A stretch of 43,107 nt of DNA from Spirogloea muscicola. Taxonomy: Eukaryota. The stretch's first letter is position 1. Each line of letters begins with the position of its first letter. The notes beneath the pieces are model-generated. The model did not search any database, had not been told where the DNA came from, and saw only the letters and a list, made by a program, of their open reading frames with translations. The stretch is from assembly GCA_009602725.1 (NCBI GenBank), contig WELB01000030.1, forward strand, positions 24,520 to 67,626. The letters run 5' to 3'. The translations under genes were made by a program, and so were the position numbers. Positions 9,969 through 22,015 of this stretch are shown in pieces.

Positions 9969-12900
9969 ATGCAGCAGCTGCTGCGCCGCGCACTGGCCGC
10001 GCTCTCGCCAGCAGCGCTGCGATCGGAAGCAACGGCAGCAACGATGACGTCAGGAAGCAAAGGCGCTTCGCCGAAAGGGCAGCGCGGCGAGCTTGCCGCT
10101 GAGATGGGAGACCAGAACGTGGCAGCCGAGCAAGGTGGGGGCTTGTCCCGCAGCTCATGGGCGGCGGAGCAGCGCCGGCGGCGCACACAGGCGGCGCTGC
10201 CGGCGGTCGCGCTGGTGGGGCGCCCCAACGTCGGGAAGTCCACGCTGTTCAACAGGTGCCGTAGCCCGGGCGACGCCCAGCACCTTCCACAACCCAGCCT
10301 GCCTGCCTGCCCTCCTCTTGGCCTGCACTGTCTGGATTACTACGGTGGTTCACCTTGGAAGGCATTGCTCCGACAAATAGAAGCTGTCATTCAATTTAGA
10401 ACAGAGAGTAAAGTTCCAGTCAATAAAGCTCTGACATTCAATAACTTGAATGTCTGACCTTTTCACAGCACTTAGTACAGCCCAACCCCTTCACATTAGG
10501 CTGTAGACCCTGGTAAGTCACGTTCCAAGCCCTGCTCTCGGACCTTACTTGAGATACCTTGTTTACTGAGGTCACTTGAAAGACCGCTACAGTCGCTTGC
10601 CTGCAGGCTGACACGCCGGCGGGAGGCTCTGGTGGCCGACACGCCCGGCGGGCATGTGACGCGGGATGTCCGCGAGGGCGTTGCAATGCTGGGCGGCCTC
10701 CACTTCCGCGTGCTGGACACCGCTGGCTTGGAGCCGACGACCGAGCCCGACAGTGTGCTCTCCCGCGGTGCAACACTCACCAGGAGCACGCTTCGGTGTT
10801 GTGCCGCCGCGCTCCTCCTTGTTGATGGCAGGTGAGTGCTGGCTGCTGCCGCACTGCATGGCACCGCCGCCTGTACTACTGCTGCTACTGCCTTTGTAAT
10901 ACAGCTGTTCATGCGAACTTTTCAGGACCGGTGTGCTGCCAGCCGACCTGGAGGTGGCCGCCTGGCTGCGCTGCAATGCGCACCCCAGCATGCACCTCGT
11001 TGCGGTGGTCAATAAGGCCGAGGGCTTTGGCGATGCCATCCTGGCGGCTGTCGGCGAGGCGCATGCTCTGGGCCTTGGGGAGCCGCTAGCAGTCTCGGCT
11101 GAAACAAGGGAGGGCCTTGGTGACCTTCACGACCGCCTCGCCAGCGTTCTGGAGGCAGCCAAGCGCAAGCAGCTGGAGGCTGTGGATGGAGGTTGCGCCA
11201 AGCCGGAGATTTCTTGTGTCAGTCCACCGCTTGCAGATTGTCAGGGCTTCCCTGGGCGCATGTGGCCAGCCACATCTGACTCCAAGATGTGGCTAAGAGT
11301 CACGCCATGTCCTGCTGTGTATACTTCAACAGGGGCTCTGGCCGATAATGTGGATGTCAGCGAGGCCACCGGCGGTGCCACTGACGAGGACGATGAGAAG
11401 GTGGAGGGTGGAGCTATGAAAGCTGAGGGTCTCACTGCAGCTGCTCAGAAGCTGCCGCTCCAGCTCGCAGTGGCGGGCCTCACCAATGTGGGCAAGTCGA
11501 CGCTTGTGAACTGCATGCTGGGTGAGGAGCGCGTGCTCACTGGGCCTGAGCGTGGCCTCACACGCGATGCCGTCCGTCTCTGCTTTGAGCACCAAGGCCT
11601 GCCCATTTGGCTGGTGAGCAGTTCTTTTAAAGCTCTCAAAGTGCTTGACATGGTGCTTTATCTATCTGCTTTATACTGCTTGCTCACCTTAAGAGCTTCT
11701 GCTTAAAAAGGTTGACTATTTATATTCTATGTTTGATCCAGATGTGAAGACTTGTGGAAACTCGCCATCCATCGTTGTCCTGTCTCTGGTACTTGCAGCA
11801 GCCAAGTGACATGCTTGCACCTGGATGATGACTAGCATGCTCGCTGGGGCAGGTTGACACGGCAGGGTGGATGCAGCGAGCGCGCCTGACGGACAAAGCT
11901 ACATCGCTGGCGGCCATGGATGCCAAGCGCAGCCTGTTGCGCGCGCATGTTGTGCTCTTGGTTCTGGATGCAGTGGAGGCAAGACCACTGCTTCTTGCCA
12001 TTTAAAGATCTGATTTGGAGCTAGGTTCTGCCTCTTACCAACAACAGGGGGCTTTGCTCTTTGTGCCAGTCCTTCTAGCAGTGTGGTGCCAAGTCTCGAT
12101 TTGTCCTTGTTCTGATGGGCACAGTATTGCACCTTGCTTGACAGATTATGGCGGCAAGGAGGGCCCTGAAGCGAGCAGAGGTTGCTCTCGCCAGGTGGGC
12201 AACACAGGAGGGCCGAGCGCTCGTGATAGCTGTGAATAAAATGGACGCCCTTGCCCCCGTGGAGCAGGCAGCTGCAAGGAAAATGCTGGTGAAGGCTGTG
12301 CCACAGGAGGTCGAAGCTGCACTTCCGCAGGTATAGGAGAATAAGTCATTATTCCGGTTCACAGGGTCAAGCTGAAGTGTGAGGTTCAGTTAAGAGGCAA
12401 GAGATGCTGAGTTCTGCCTCACCTTGCTGATTCTGCTGTGAGCAAGGTCATGGCAAGGCCATAAGCAGATGCAGCCATTAACTACGAGCATCAATCGATG
12501 AGCCTGGCAGGTGGCTGGCATCCCCATTTTGTACTTGTCCGCCAAAACCGGTGCCGGCCAGAACAAGCTGATGCCGGCCATCATGCTGGCCTATGAGAGG
12601 TGGTGCACTCGCCTACCTACGTCTCGATTGAATCGCTGGTTGCTCAAGGTGTGCCTCATGTTCTTTAAAAGAGGCTGAAAGGCATTTATGACTTCCCCTT
12701 GAGTCTGTTTTAAACGTCAGCAGGCTGTAGGCTTGTCAGATACATCTGTGTGGATTGTGGCCAAGAGCTGATATTGTTTCTCCTTAGTAAATTGCCAGCT
12801 GCAATAGAGTGTATCATGCCAGCCTGCACGTTGACCAGCTCCACTTGCATCACATGCCTTGGAGAGTAGTAGCTTAACATTGCCGTACATACGGTGAACA

Positions 12901-13177
12901 CGTGGTGCAGCCGCATCTCCTTGATGTGTTCTTGAGGGGTACATGTCTTTGGTGCTATCAGATTACAGCCCGGACTTCTGCGTCACAAGGCCATGCAGCA
13001 AAAATCCGCTACCTGACTCAGGTGAAGGCCCGCCCGCCCACATTCGTGGCATTCATCTCCGGCAGCAGTGACCTTGCCTCCACGGAGCTTCGGTCCATGG
13101 CCTCTGCCTTGAGGGAGGATTTTGACCTCGGTGGCATACCTGTTCGGGTACTCCAGCGACAACATGCGAAGGCCTAA
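9969..13177 (+). CDS. der: Der/EngA double-domain GTPase (organellar ribosome biogenesis, probably mitochondrial paralog), 8 exons, 574 aa
   Basis: Exons 9969-10255, 10607-10831, 10926-11191, 11333-11613, 11853-11978, 12145-12330, 12511-12648 and 12962-13177 total 1725 nt. G domain 1: GRPNVGKS, VTRD, DTAG, NKAE. G domain 2: GLTNVGKS, LTRD, DTAG, NKMD. KH-like C-terminus: KIRYLTQVKARPPTFVAF...FDLGGIPVR. Confidence 0.94.
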
Positions 13178-14874
13178 AGGCAATCGGTTAAAGATATGCC
13201 ACTTACTGCATAAAGTACATGGAAGGATGTCAGCAACAAGGAGGTCGTGGCAGCTTCTCAACGCGCAACATTGATTGTGATCTGAGCGTGCTTGAATGCG
13301 TCAGTCCATCATCGATGGTGGATAATGGAAACTGTCGCAGGTAATCCTGATGGGGAAGAGGCTGCTGCCACAGTTGCAGAGGCCTACACCACAGTAGGAC
13401 TTTTAGTGATATTAACATTGTGAAGGAATACAGGGCTGTATTCCAACTACAGTGCACAAAGTCCCCTGCAAAGGCATCTGTGGAGCTGCTTTGTTGCAGA
13501 GGCCTACCAGTGCACAGGAGCTTGAAAGTCAACTTAGGTCTTGCGTGCAAACCTTCTGCTCCTCTTGTCCTCAAGCTATATACTATAGAGACACCAGCCA
13601 CTGAGCGACACTTGGTGGGCGCCACAATGCTAGGTAAATCTCGAGGGTTGACAGGAGCAGCTGTTTTGAACACCCTGCTTTGGCCTCCCTTCTGCACATA
13701 CTGTGAGTGTGCAGGAAGCAAGGAGCAATCTGCTGGCTGACGAAGCCCTTCCCTTACAACTTGGAGTTGATTAGTACATCTGTGTACTCTGCCACTTCGC
13801 CATCCAATGACTCCTCACTGCGTCTCATCCTTTGCAAGCTTTGTCATACATGGTTTTGCACCTTTACTTAAAGAGAGCACGGAATTTTGGAAAGTAGCTG
13901 ATGAGGGCTGCCATTGTTGCAGAAGGAGGGCGTCAAGAGCATTATGCAATTTCTATCACAGTCGTAGGAAGGAAACAGACTTGAAGTTCCTCGCCTGGTT
14001 GAATGGAGGTTTAGCAGAGGTGAGCAGACAGAGATTCAGCTGTTGCTATAACGCCAAAAGCAGTGTCAACTAAGGCACAAGCGCATGTGTTTGTACTGGT
14101 GCTACCACTTTGAACAAGGGGCGCTGCAGCTCTTTGCCGATCCCGTGTGTGCTGACTGCATGTCCACATGCAATATTCTCTCCGTTTCAGGTAGCTGTGG
14201 CAGATACGACACCCTCATTCACTCATAGGCGCACTTGGGCTAAGCGCTGTGCATGCAAGTGGCAGCTGGCATCCCAGAAGAATTCAGTTGCTGAGATGCC
14301 TGGACCAGTATGAAAAAGTCGAAGCTAGGCAAGGGGAGTCAACTAGATCAGCGAGGGGTCGTCTTTCCGAGAGCTGAAGAGGGGGACTGGGAAACCTCAG
14401 TCCCTCTCTAGAAAGCTGAGCAGTTGGCCTCCCTTTTATGGCTTTTCAAGTCATTATCGACTGCAGTGGCTTGCAATGATCACCCCAAAGAAAGTGGGCC
14501 GTCACACGCTTGCAGAACGACTCCTCAAAACCGAGCTGCACATTACAGCGGCGGTGGCAAACTCAAGCTGCAAATGATACGCTCCATAATGTTGGTGCAC
14601 CTCACTGCTAGGAGGTTTTCGTGGCATCTGGTGGAAAAACAACTGTGCTGTGTGGACAGCTGTGTGGACAGCGGCGGCAAGGAACAGGGGTTTGGCAGGC
14701 CAGCTCGGTCGCTGCTGCAGCCCCGGGTTGCCAGCGGACAGAGAGCTGTCTGCCTTGCGCAAGTAAGCGCTCAGTGCAGGGAGCGCCTGTCGAATGCTGG
14801 CTAAGCGCCTATAGACGTAGGGCGGAGGTACTTCAGCACTAATACCTGAGGAGGGCGAGAATTAGCTCTTCTAA

Positions 14875-15000
14875 ACCCGTGATTGACCCGTGGTTACTGA
14901 GCGGGTCAATCTGCTGTAGGTTATGTAGGTCTTCAGATGTGCTTGCCTTTGTACTTGGCCGTTTGGCCTTCGTTTGTTTCAAATACACGAGATATTCTCT
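14875..15000 (+). mobile_element. retrotransposon 3' tail (subfamily G)
   Basis: ttgacccgtggttactga (LTRGY*) plus a 3'UTR matching the reverse complement of 24050-24170. Confidence 0.65.
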
Positions 15001-15468
15001 TTTAGAGAAGGCGATGGCTGTGATAAGCCATAAGCTCAGAACGAAAGGACGGGGACTGGACAATGAGCGAGAGGGGCCGCCCGTTCGCTGCAGAAGGGCG
15101 GCATGGCTGCGGCTGGGAGGGGGATTGGCGGCAACCGCACTCAACCGCTGAAAGGCAAGGCGGCCGAGGTTGGGAAAAAAGAATGCGACTGCTGCAGTTG
15201 AAAGAGCAGCTGTGAAAGCCAGCCAGATGCATACAGGTGTCCTTGACGGAACCACAGGCTAGGCAGACAGGGCGCTCTTAGTACCCTAGGGTCAGCAGTA
15301 GGAAGTCAGATGAACAAAGGGGAGGAAGAGCAACCCCGCTGCGCAAGGCAGAGGCTGCTGCAAGGGCGCGACCGGCGCGGCGGTGCAAAGCAAGCGCTTG
15401 GGAGCGCTGGAGGGACAGAATCGCAAGCGATAGGACACAAGACCCAATGGCAGCGAGCCTCCAGAAAG

Positions 15469-15916
15469 AAGAAAGTGCTCGCCCATTGAGAATAGGGGCT
15501 GGAACAACCAGCCCGAAAAAGAATGAACAGAGTACGAGAAGGGGGCCAGGGGAAGCGCTAAGTAACAGAAACAAAGCTGCTACGAGACACTCAGTAACCC
15601 CTGCTAAGCAGCCGCAGATCAGAGATGCTGGGCTCCTGGAAGTGGGTCCCCTGGCCAGAGCCAGAGGCAGCAGCGAGGGCTCTGCCGGCACGAAGGTGCA
15701 GCGCCCGGGCCATGGACCTCTGCAGCGAGACGGCCAGGCGCATTCGATACACTTGCGCCAGCGACCCGGCTGCAGGGAAGTCAACCGGCTCCCCATGGAA
15801 GCGCCGGGCGATGGTGTGGCGGGCGAGCTGGGTGAGCAGCTCGAGCCACCGAGCGCCCAGCGCCCCATGTGTGTCGATGGCCAACGGGAAGAACTCGTCT
15901 TCCCGCGGATGAGCAA
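15469..15916 (-). mobile_element. nested 5'-truncated subfamily A copy with 8-bp TSD
   Basis: Flanked by ccagaaag at 15461-15468 and 15917-15924. Removing it restores the host element frame (GAALSGGSLPLGLVSYR). Encodes FFPLAIDTHGALG...SDLRLLSRGY*. Confidence 0.8.
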
Positions 15917-17282
15917 CCAGAAAGTGCTGCACCCCCTTCCCGGCGCCGCTGGTCAGCTTGAGAGGCCAGCAGCGAAACTAAAGAAGACCACCAACCCCCG
16001 TAACACCCGTGGATGTCCATGGCCAGGGGGTAAAAGGTCTCACCCGCCGGGTGGTCCTCGTACTTGTGCAACTTCGTCTGTTCGGCCACCTTGACAGCAT
16101 AGCCGGTCTCAGAAGTTATGGGGCCCTTCTTCTTGAAGCTGTCGGTGTCCACGAGGAGCCGCTTGCCACCTCCGAAGGGAGCACTTTCTTTTTCCCAGGG
16201 AAATGCTAGCCAGATCGACACGCCTCGTCCGAGGGACCACGTTGCGGAGCGGGACGGGCATCACTCCGGTGCTCTTCAACGCCACTTGATATCCCACCTC
16301 CTTGACGATGCCATACATCGCATCCCATAGGAGGTTGTGGGAACCCATGCGCTACCTGCCTTTGGCACACCTGAGCATGTTGTCACCCATGAGCAATGCA
16401 TCATGCTCAATAAGCCCACATTCACATCGGGTTACCCTGCCAAGCACATGGGATGGTAAGCCAAGACGGCGGCGCATAGCATCGCAAAACAAAGCATTCT
16501 CCATCCGCAAGCCCGCATGCAAAGGCAAAGCGCGGAGCCACTCAGACGCTCCCAGAGACGAAACAGATAGGAGCCGGGCCTGGCCTCGAGCATCTCCTTG
16601 GAGAAGACTCCGGAGATGCTCCAGTGGTTGCTCGTCTGCAGCATGGGAAAACCGCGATTGAGCCTCAACATCAAAGACGTCAGCCCAGGCAGCAATATTA
16701 ACAGGCTCATTCACCAGAGGCGGGTATGCGGCAAGGAGGTCCTGTTGGCATGCTTTGATAGTCACTTGGAAAGTCAGACTCCCCTGAACCGTAACTGATG
16801 TGAGGCGCCAATATACGTTGTTGCTCAAGGAGGAATCGTCCTGATATGGACGAAGCCACCTGAGCCCAGCAGCCAAGGTATGCTGGTCTGCACAAGCGGA
16901 CTAAGGGGCGACAACCAAGCCCACCGTGACGTATGGGCCGCGTACATTGCACCAGTGCTGCTGGAGACTGCTCTAGGAGTGGGTGAGCAATCAGATCAGT
17001 AAGGCATCGCTGAAGCATGACATCAATGGATGCATAGACAGCATCCAAAGTGACCGAAGGTGGGACCGTTCGCATTAGGTAACACGGCCGCTGGGCCACA
17101 CTTCTGGTCAACGGCAACTGAGAGTCTCCAAGGGTGGGGAGCTCTGGCAGGACCTGCATATATCCTTGGAGACAAGCAAGGACAGCACCATCCGGAAAAG
17201 ACGGGTCCCCTACGGGCACTGCCAAGTACCTCAAGCCGCCCTCTGGAGTCTGACGAGATGTAGGCAACAAGGGAAACAGGGA

Positions 17283-17610
17283 AAGCGGCTGCTGAAATTA
17301 AAAAATCGGCTGTAAACTGCCAGCCAGATGCATACAGGTGTTCATGACGGAGCCAAAGGCTAGGCAGACAGGGCGCCCTCAAACCCCCGAGTCAGCAGTA
17401 GGAAGTCAGATGAGCTGAGGGGAGGAAGAGCAACCCCGCTGCGCAAACCCGAGGCTGCTGCAAGGGCGCGACCAGCCCGGCGATGCAAAGCAATCGCCTG
17501 GGACCGCTGTAGGGACATAGACAAGCGCATACGGTAGCAGGACACAAGACCCAAAGGCACCGAGCCACCGGGAAGGGCTGCACCCCGTTCCCGGCGCCGC
17601 TGGTCAGCTT
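17283..17610 (-). mobile_element. nested 5'-truncated subfamily D copy inside the RT region
   Basis: The endonuclease C-terminus and tail sit between the YADD segment and the GLRYL segment of the host RT. Degenerate TSD gggaaacaggga (17271-17282) and gagaaagaggga (17611-17622), 10/12 identical. Confidence 0.75.
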
Positions 17611-19049
17611 GAGAAAGAGGGATGCCATTGGGGGACCTGGCGGAGCAGTTGGCAGGATAGACCCCAAGCCCGATGAGCTGGAGCTGGCGCTGACGCGTGC
17701 CGAAAGCTCGCAGCACCTCCTCTGGGTGGCCGAGGAGCGTAGTATCATCCGCATATTTCGGGAGGATAACGCCAGGGTGAGCGCTGGTGAGCGCTCGCCG
17801 TGTTGCGCAAAGCACGGTGATGCGCCAGAGCGAAGAGGAACCCACCCATGGGATCACCTTGAGGTGTCCCCGTCTTTGACTGCAGAACAGCCAAAGAATT
17901 CCTTGCCCCCTACAACAATGCAGATGGCGAGCCATACATGCAGCGGAAGTGAGGGAGGAGGGTGGGAAAGTACTGCCTTAGCTCCTCGGCAATAGCCTGC
18001 CGATCCTCGGAGTGGGAAGCATTACGTACGTCCACGCTCAAGGCCAGCCAATGGGGTTGACATCCATGGCCACTCGTACCCGTGCACCAGGGTCTCAGCA
18101 CCAGCACGCATCCCAGCCCCAAACTGGTGGGCTTGGAAGTGCGCCTGGGCATCGTCCTGGATCTGCATGATTAGGGTGCGCCCCACGAGGCGCGCCAGAA
18201 TCTCCCCCATCGAGATAGGACGCACTCCGCCATTGTCTTTCTGCAGAGCAATGACATTGCTTGTGCAGAGGACTGCGCCTACACAATGGGTGAGGTATCC
18301 ACGCGCAACCTGTTGTGCAAATCTATGCAACAGATCGACGTCCTCCGAGTCGTCCTCCCCATACAGCTCCCGCAAGTGCTCAAAGAGCATGCCTGATGGA
18401 CCCCCCGGCGAATGCCTTGCGGCTTCTCACAACCGCCCGACGGAAGACAGCCGGGTCCAGGTCCACTAATTGAGCAGGCGTGTAGCTCTCCATCAATGTA
18501 TCAAAATGACGAGGTTGGAGAGGGAGGCCAGGTGGGGGCGAGGAGGCCGCCGGGCAGATGTATGTTCGGTGAAGGTGCGCTAGAGCGGGCAAGTACGAAG
18601 GCAAGTAAAGGCGCGTGCTGCTAAGAGATGGAGTGACTTGAGTGGAGTGGTAAGTAAGAAGGCAAAGCACATTGACAGCTGTACAAGCTGCAATGCGGAC
18701 TCGCCCAAAATCCACGGGATCAGCACGTGTGGAGCCTTTTATATTGATTGGTTATCGATATTACATCCGACCGCATTTTGGGTCAGCGCGTTTGGCCCCC
18801 TCAAATCTTGTCAACTGTCTTCGTGCTGGCTTGTTACAGCCCTTGTCCCCATTGGAAGAGCCACTGGATGAGCTGGATGGATGATGGATGAGCCACTTTC
18901 TCTCATAGCTATAGGAAGGGCTGTGACGGGCCCTGCGACGGCAGCAGCGGCGGCGTCGGCGGGGGCGGCGGGGGGCTGGGCGTCAGAAGGATGGAGTGTA
19001 ATGAGTGATGGAGGGCAAGAGCGGCCAAGAACAAAGAAGAAGCGGCTCT

Positions 19050-19787
19050 CCCAATGGCAGCTCATATGCTCAGGTGCGCATGGGGCGGGGAGCGGACCGG
19101 AACACACGACCTGCTCCGGAACGCCATTTTGGCATCTTCGTCGAGGCGGGTCACACCGTGGCGCTCGAGTACTCCAGCATCATGCCCCCGACCGCTGGGG
19201 CGGATGGCCGCCTCCACATCCGGCACGCCGATGTCGTTGCCAGCGCGCTTGGCGGGGGCCCTCGGCTCATTGCCAACGTTGTCACGACTGACTGTTTTGA
19301 TTCCAGAGCGCCAAACGCTCGTCGGAGGAGGCGAACTACGCAGTCCGCCAAGCGGTGGGCGCAAAGGAACGGAAATACTCGGATCACCCCGTGGGAGACG
19401 AATTTGTCCCACTCGCCGTTGACGTACACGGAGCCCTTGGCACAAAATGGCTTGACCTGCTTCATCGCCTTGCGCGGCGTGCAGCGGCCAGCCGCCACGG
19501 GCAATGTCGCCGGGTCCCTCGCTCAAGTCTTCCGAATGCGCTTGGCCATCCCTTTGCAGCGGTCCCTTGCCTTCGCGGTTCACTTGCGCAGGCCGTGCTT
19601 TGGTGGCGGCCTCCGGCTTCCGTCAGGGCGACATCTTTCCGCCTGCCAGACTTGCATCTCCTGACTAGAGGTTACTGAGAGTCCCTTTGCTGATGTCTTA
19701 GTCTCTCGCACTCCGGCTCCTTCAGACCTTGTCCATGCTTTTGGGCTGGCCTCTCCCAGCCACCAGTCAATCTGGCCGCGCTTTTTG
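19050..19787 (+). mobile_element. 5'-truncated CRE-like copy (endonuclease region plus subfamily C tail)
   Basis: AAHMLRCAWGGERTGTHDLLRNA, GGGPRLIANVVT, EFVPLAVDVHGALG, LPDLHLLTRGY* (19678). Tail gggctggcctctcccagccaccagtcaatctggccgcgcttttt. Confidence 0.8.
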
Positions 19788-21316
19788 GCAGGGGCTGGGA
19801 AAAGCCAGCCCGAAAAAGAATTGACAAAGGTTCGAATGGGCCAAATGACGGAGGGGCCTAAAGCGCTGAGCAGCTACATAGGGGCCGAAGATGCTACGTC
19901 AGACGGGGGGGTGGATGGACCACTCAGTAGGTACGAGGGAGGAGCCTCAAAACCGACAGACTAGCTGCCGGAAAAGTATCCCCCTGACGAAAGCCGGAGG
20001 CCGCAGCGAAGAAGTGGCACTCCCAATGGGGGCAAGGGCTGCGAAAAGCCAGCCCAAAAAGAGTTCACAAAGGTTCAGAGGGGCCTAAGAGCGGTGAGCA
20101 GCTACAAAGGGGCCTGAGGATGCAATGGTAAAACAGGGGGAGGATGGATCACTCAATAAGTACGAGTGAGGAGCCTCAGATCCGACAGACTAGCTGCCGG
20201 GAAGCATTCGCCCTGACGAAAGCCAGAGCCCGCAGCGAGAGCACGGCCAGCTCGCAGATGCAGAGCGTGGGCCATGGACCGCTGCAGGGATACAGAGAGG
20301 CGCATCCGATATACCTGAGCCCACGAGCCCGCGGCGTTGAAGTCGGCTGGCTCGCCGCGTCTGCGGGACACAGCCCGCCGCGCAAGCCTAGCCAATAGGT
20401 CAAGCCACTGGGACCCAAGAGCCCCGTGCACGTCCACCGCCAAGGGGACGAACTCGTCGGCAGGTGGGTGATCGGAGTGCTTGGCCGCCTTGCAGCGAGC
20501 GGCCTTCGAGGCAGCGTGGCCGGCCCGCGAGGCAGAGAGCCCCAGGTTGGAGCGGTCGACCACATCGGTGGTGACTACATCGGCTATGATCCGCGCGCCA
20601 CCTCCCGGCGTGGACGCCACCAGGTCCACACGACGAGTATGGTGTCCGTCAGCCCTCTCGAGGATGGGCATGACCGAGGCGTTCTCCATCGCTACCGTGT
20701 AGCCCGCCTCCTGAAAGATCCCGAACATAGCATCACGCAAGAGGTCGTGCGCAGCTGTTCGTTCGCCTCCAGTGGCGCAGCGAGAGCACGGCCAGCACGC
20801 AGATGCAAGGCGTGGGCCATGGACCGCTGAAGGGAGACTGACAAATGCATGCGATACCTTGGGCCCACGAGCCAGCGGCGTTGAAGTCAGCCGGCTCACC
20901 TCGCCTGCGGGACACAGAGACAACGCGCCGCGCAAGCCTGGCCAGCAGGTCGAGCCACTGGAACCCGAGAGCCCCGTGCACGTCCACGGCAACAAAGAAG
21001 AAGTGCTCAGAACGAAGGCGAGCACGTCACGTAGGACGGCGCTGTAGGGCCGGGGCGGAGCCGGGCCGGGCCGGGAAGGGAAGGGGCTCGACCATTGAGG
21101 ATAGGGGCTGGAAAAGCCAGCCCAAAAAAGAATGGAGGCGAGCACGTCACGTAGGACGGCGCTGTGGGGCCGGGGCGGAGCCGGGCCGGGCCGGGCCGGG
21201 AAGGGGCTCGACCATTGAGGATAGGGGCTGGGAAAGGGGAAGCGGCTGGGAAAAGAGGAAGCGCGGCCAGATTGACTGGTGGCTGGGAAAGGCCAGCCCA
21301 AAAGAATGGACAAAGT
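19788..21316 (-). mobile_element. head-to-tail stack of truncated CRE-like copies and tails (subfamily B, A and C tails)
   Basis: RCATGGERTAAHDLLRD..RRVDLVASTPGGGARIIADVVT..FVPLAVDVHGALG..SLSDLRLLTRTY* (20153). B tail at ~20010-20075. Additional tail motifs at ~19790-19830, 21090-21133 and 21255-21316. Confidence 0.78.
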
Positions 21317-21349
21317 CTGAACTTTGAACTTTGTCCATTCTTTTGGGTT

Positions 21350-22014
21350 TTTGGACGTGGTCGCTACCCCGCGGGGCGGTGGGCCTCGTCTGCTCTTGGA
21401 CGTGGTACTGATCGACGCATACAAGGCTGGCGCACCAACGTCAACCGTGTCTGACTGGGCCACATCCAGCGCGGAGCGCAAGAAGGAGCGGCACTACCAT
21501 GATCATCCTCGAGGGGACCATCTTTACCCGTGTGCCATGGATATCTATGGAGGCTACGGCGTGAAATGGTCCTCCCTGATCCAGCATCTGGCCCGGCTGG
21601 TTGATGCGCGTCGACGAAGTCGGGGGGGCAGCTTGGGCCACTCCAGCATTCCGCAGGCCTTAGTTGCATATTATAGAATGCGGCTCTCGCTTAGTTTGCA
21701 GCGCTCGCAAGCATTGGCTCTTCATCAACGTGCAGGGCGCGCTCTAAGTCAGGCCTTCGGCTTTTGTGGCGGCGCTCCAGCTCCCCAAGTTAGCTTGTCA
21801 GATTTGTTTGTGCTCACCCGTGGGTACTAATGTCATCTTAGGTACCTTAGATTAGGTCTCCGTATTATGTAGCATTGCTTAGTCTGCACTCGACTCTGCC
21901 TGAACAATGTATTGGCTTGAATTGGCCTCCCTTTCAATTCATGCGCCCCGCGCGCCTTCTCTCTTTGGGTTGGCTTTGCCAGCCCCTCTTCTCAATGGGC
22001 GAGCACCTTCTTCT
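21350..22014 (+). mobile_element. 5'-truncated CRE-like copy (divergent subfamily, A-type tail)
   Basis: GGGPRLLLDVV..KKERHYHDHP..YPCAMDIYG..RMRLSLSLQRSQALALH..SLSDLFVLTRGY* (21830). Tail gggttggctttgccagcccctcttctcaatgggcgagcaccttcttct. Confidence 0.78.
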
Positions 22015-22015
22015 A

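Larger units (their letters stand above)
15173..18560 (-). mobile_element. degenerate CRE-like non-LTR retrotransposon: RT, CCHC knuckle and restriction-like endonuclease, interrupted by two nested insertions
   Basis: RT motifs in order: IALQKDNGGVRPISMGE, HQFGAG..GAETLVH, LSVDVRNA, GTPQGDPMG, KYADD (~17745-17757), GLRYLAVPVG, HGGLG. Then CECG..(N)MLRC, RRVDL..LLVD..K, FYPLAMDIHG, and DFLLLTLGY* (15278). Multiple frameshifts. Confidence 0.88.

Noticed and set aside
3349..13177. Bacterial operon or contamination (mutase plus der)
   Set aside because: Both genes are split by many spliceosomal introns and carry N-terminal targeting-like extensions.
13230..14850. Several 70-160 aa ORFs after der
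   Set aside because: No recognisable domains or coherent exon chain; treated as UTR or intergenic.
20153..21481. 442-aa ORF
   Set aside because: It is an accidental read-through across several TE fragments, tails and an inversion junction. Only the C-terminal part is genuine endonuclease sequence.
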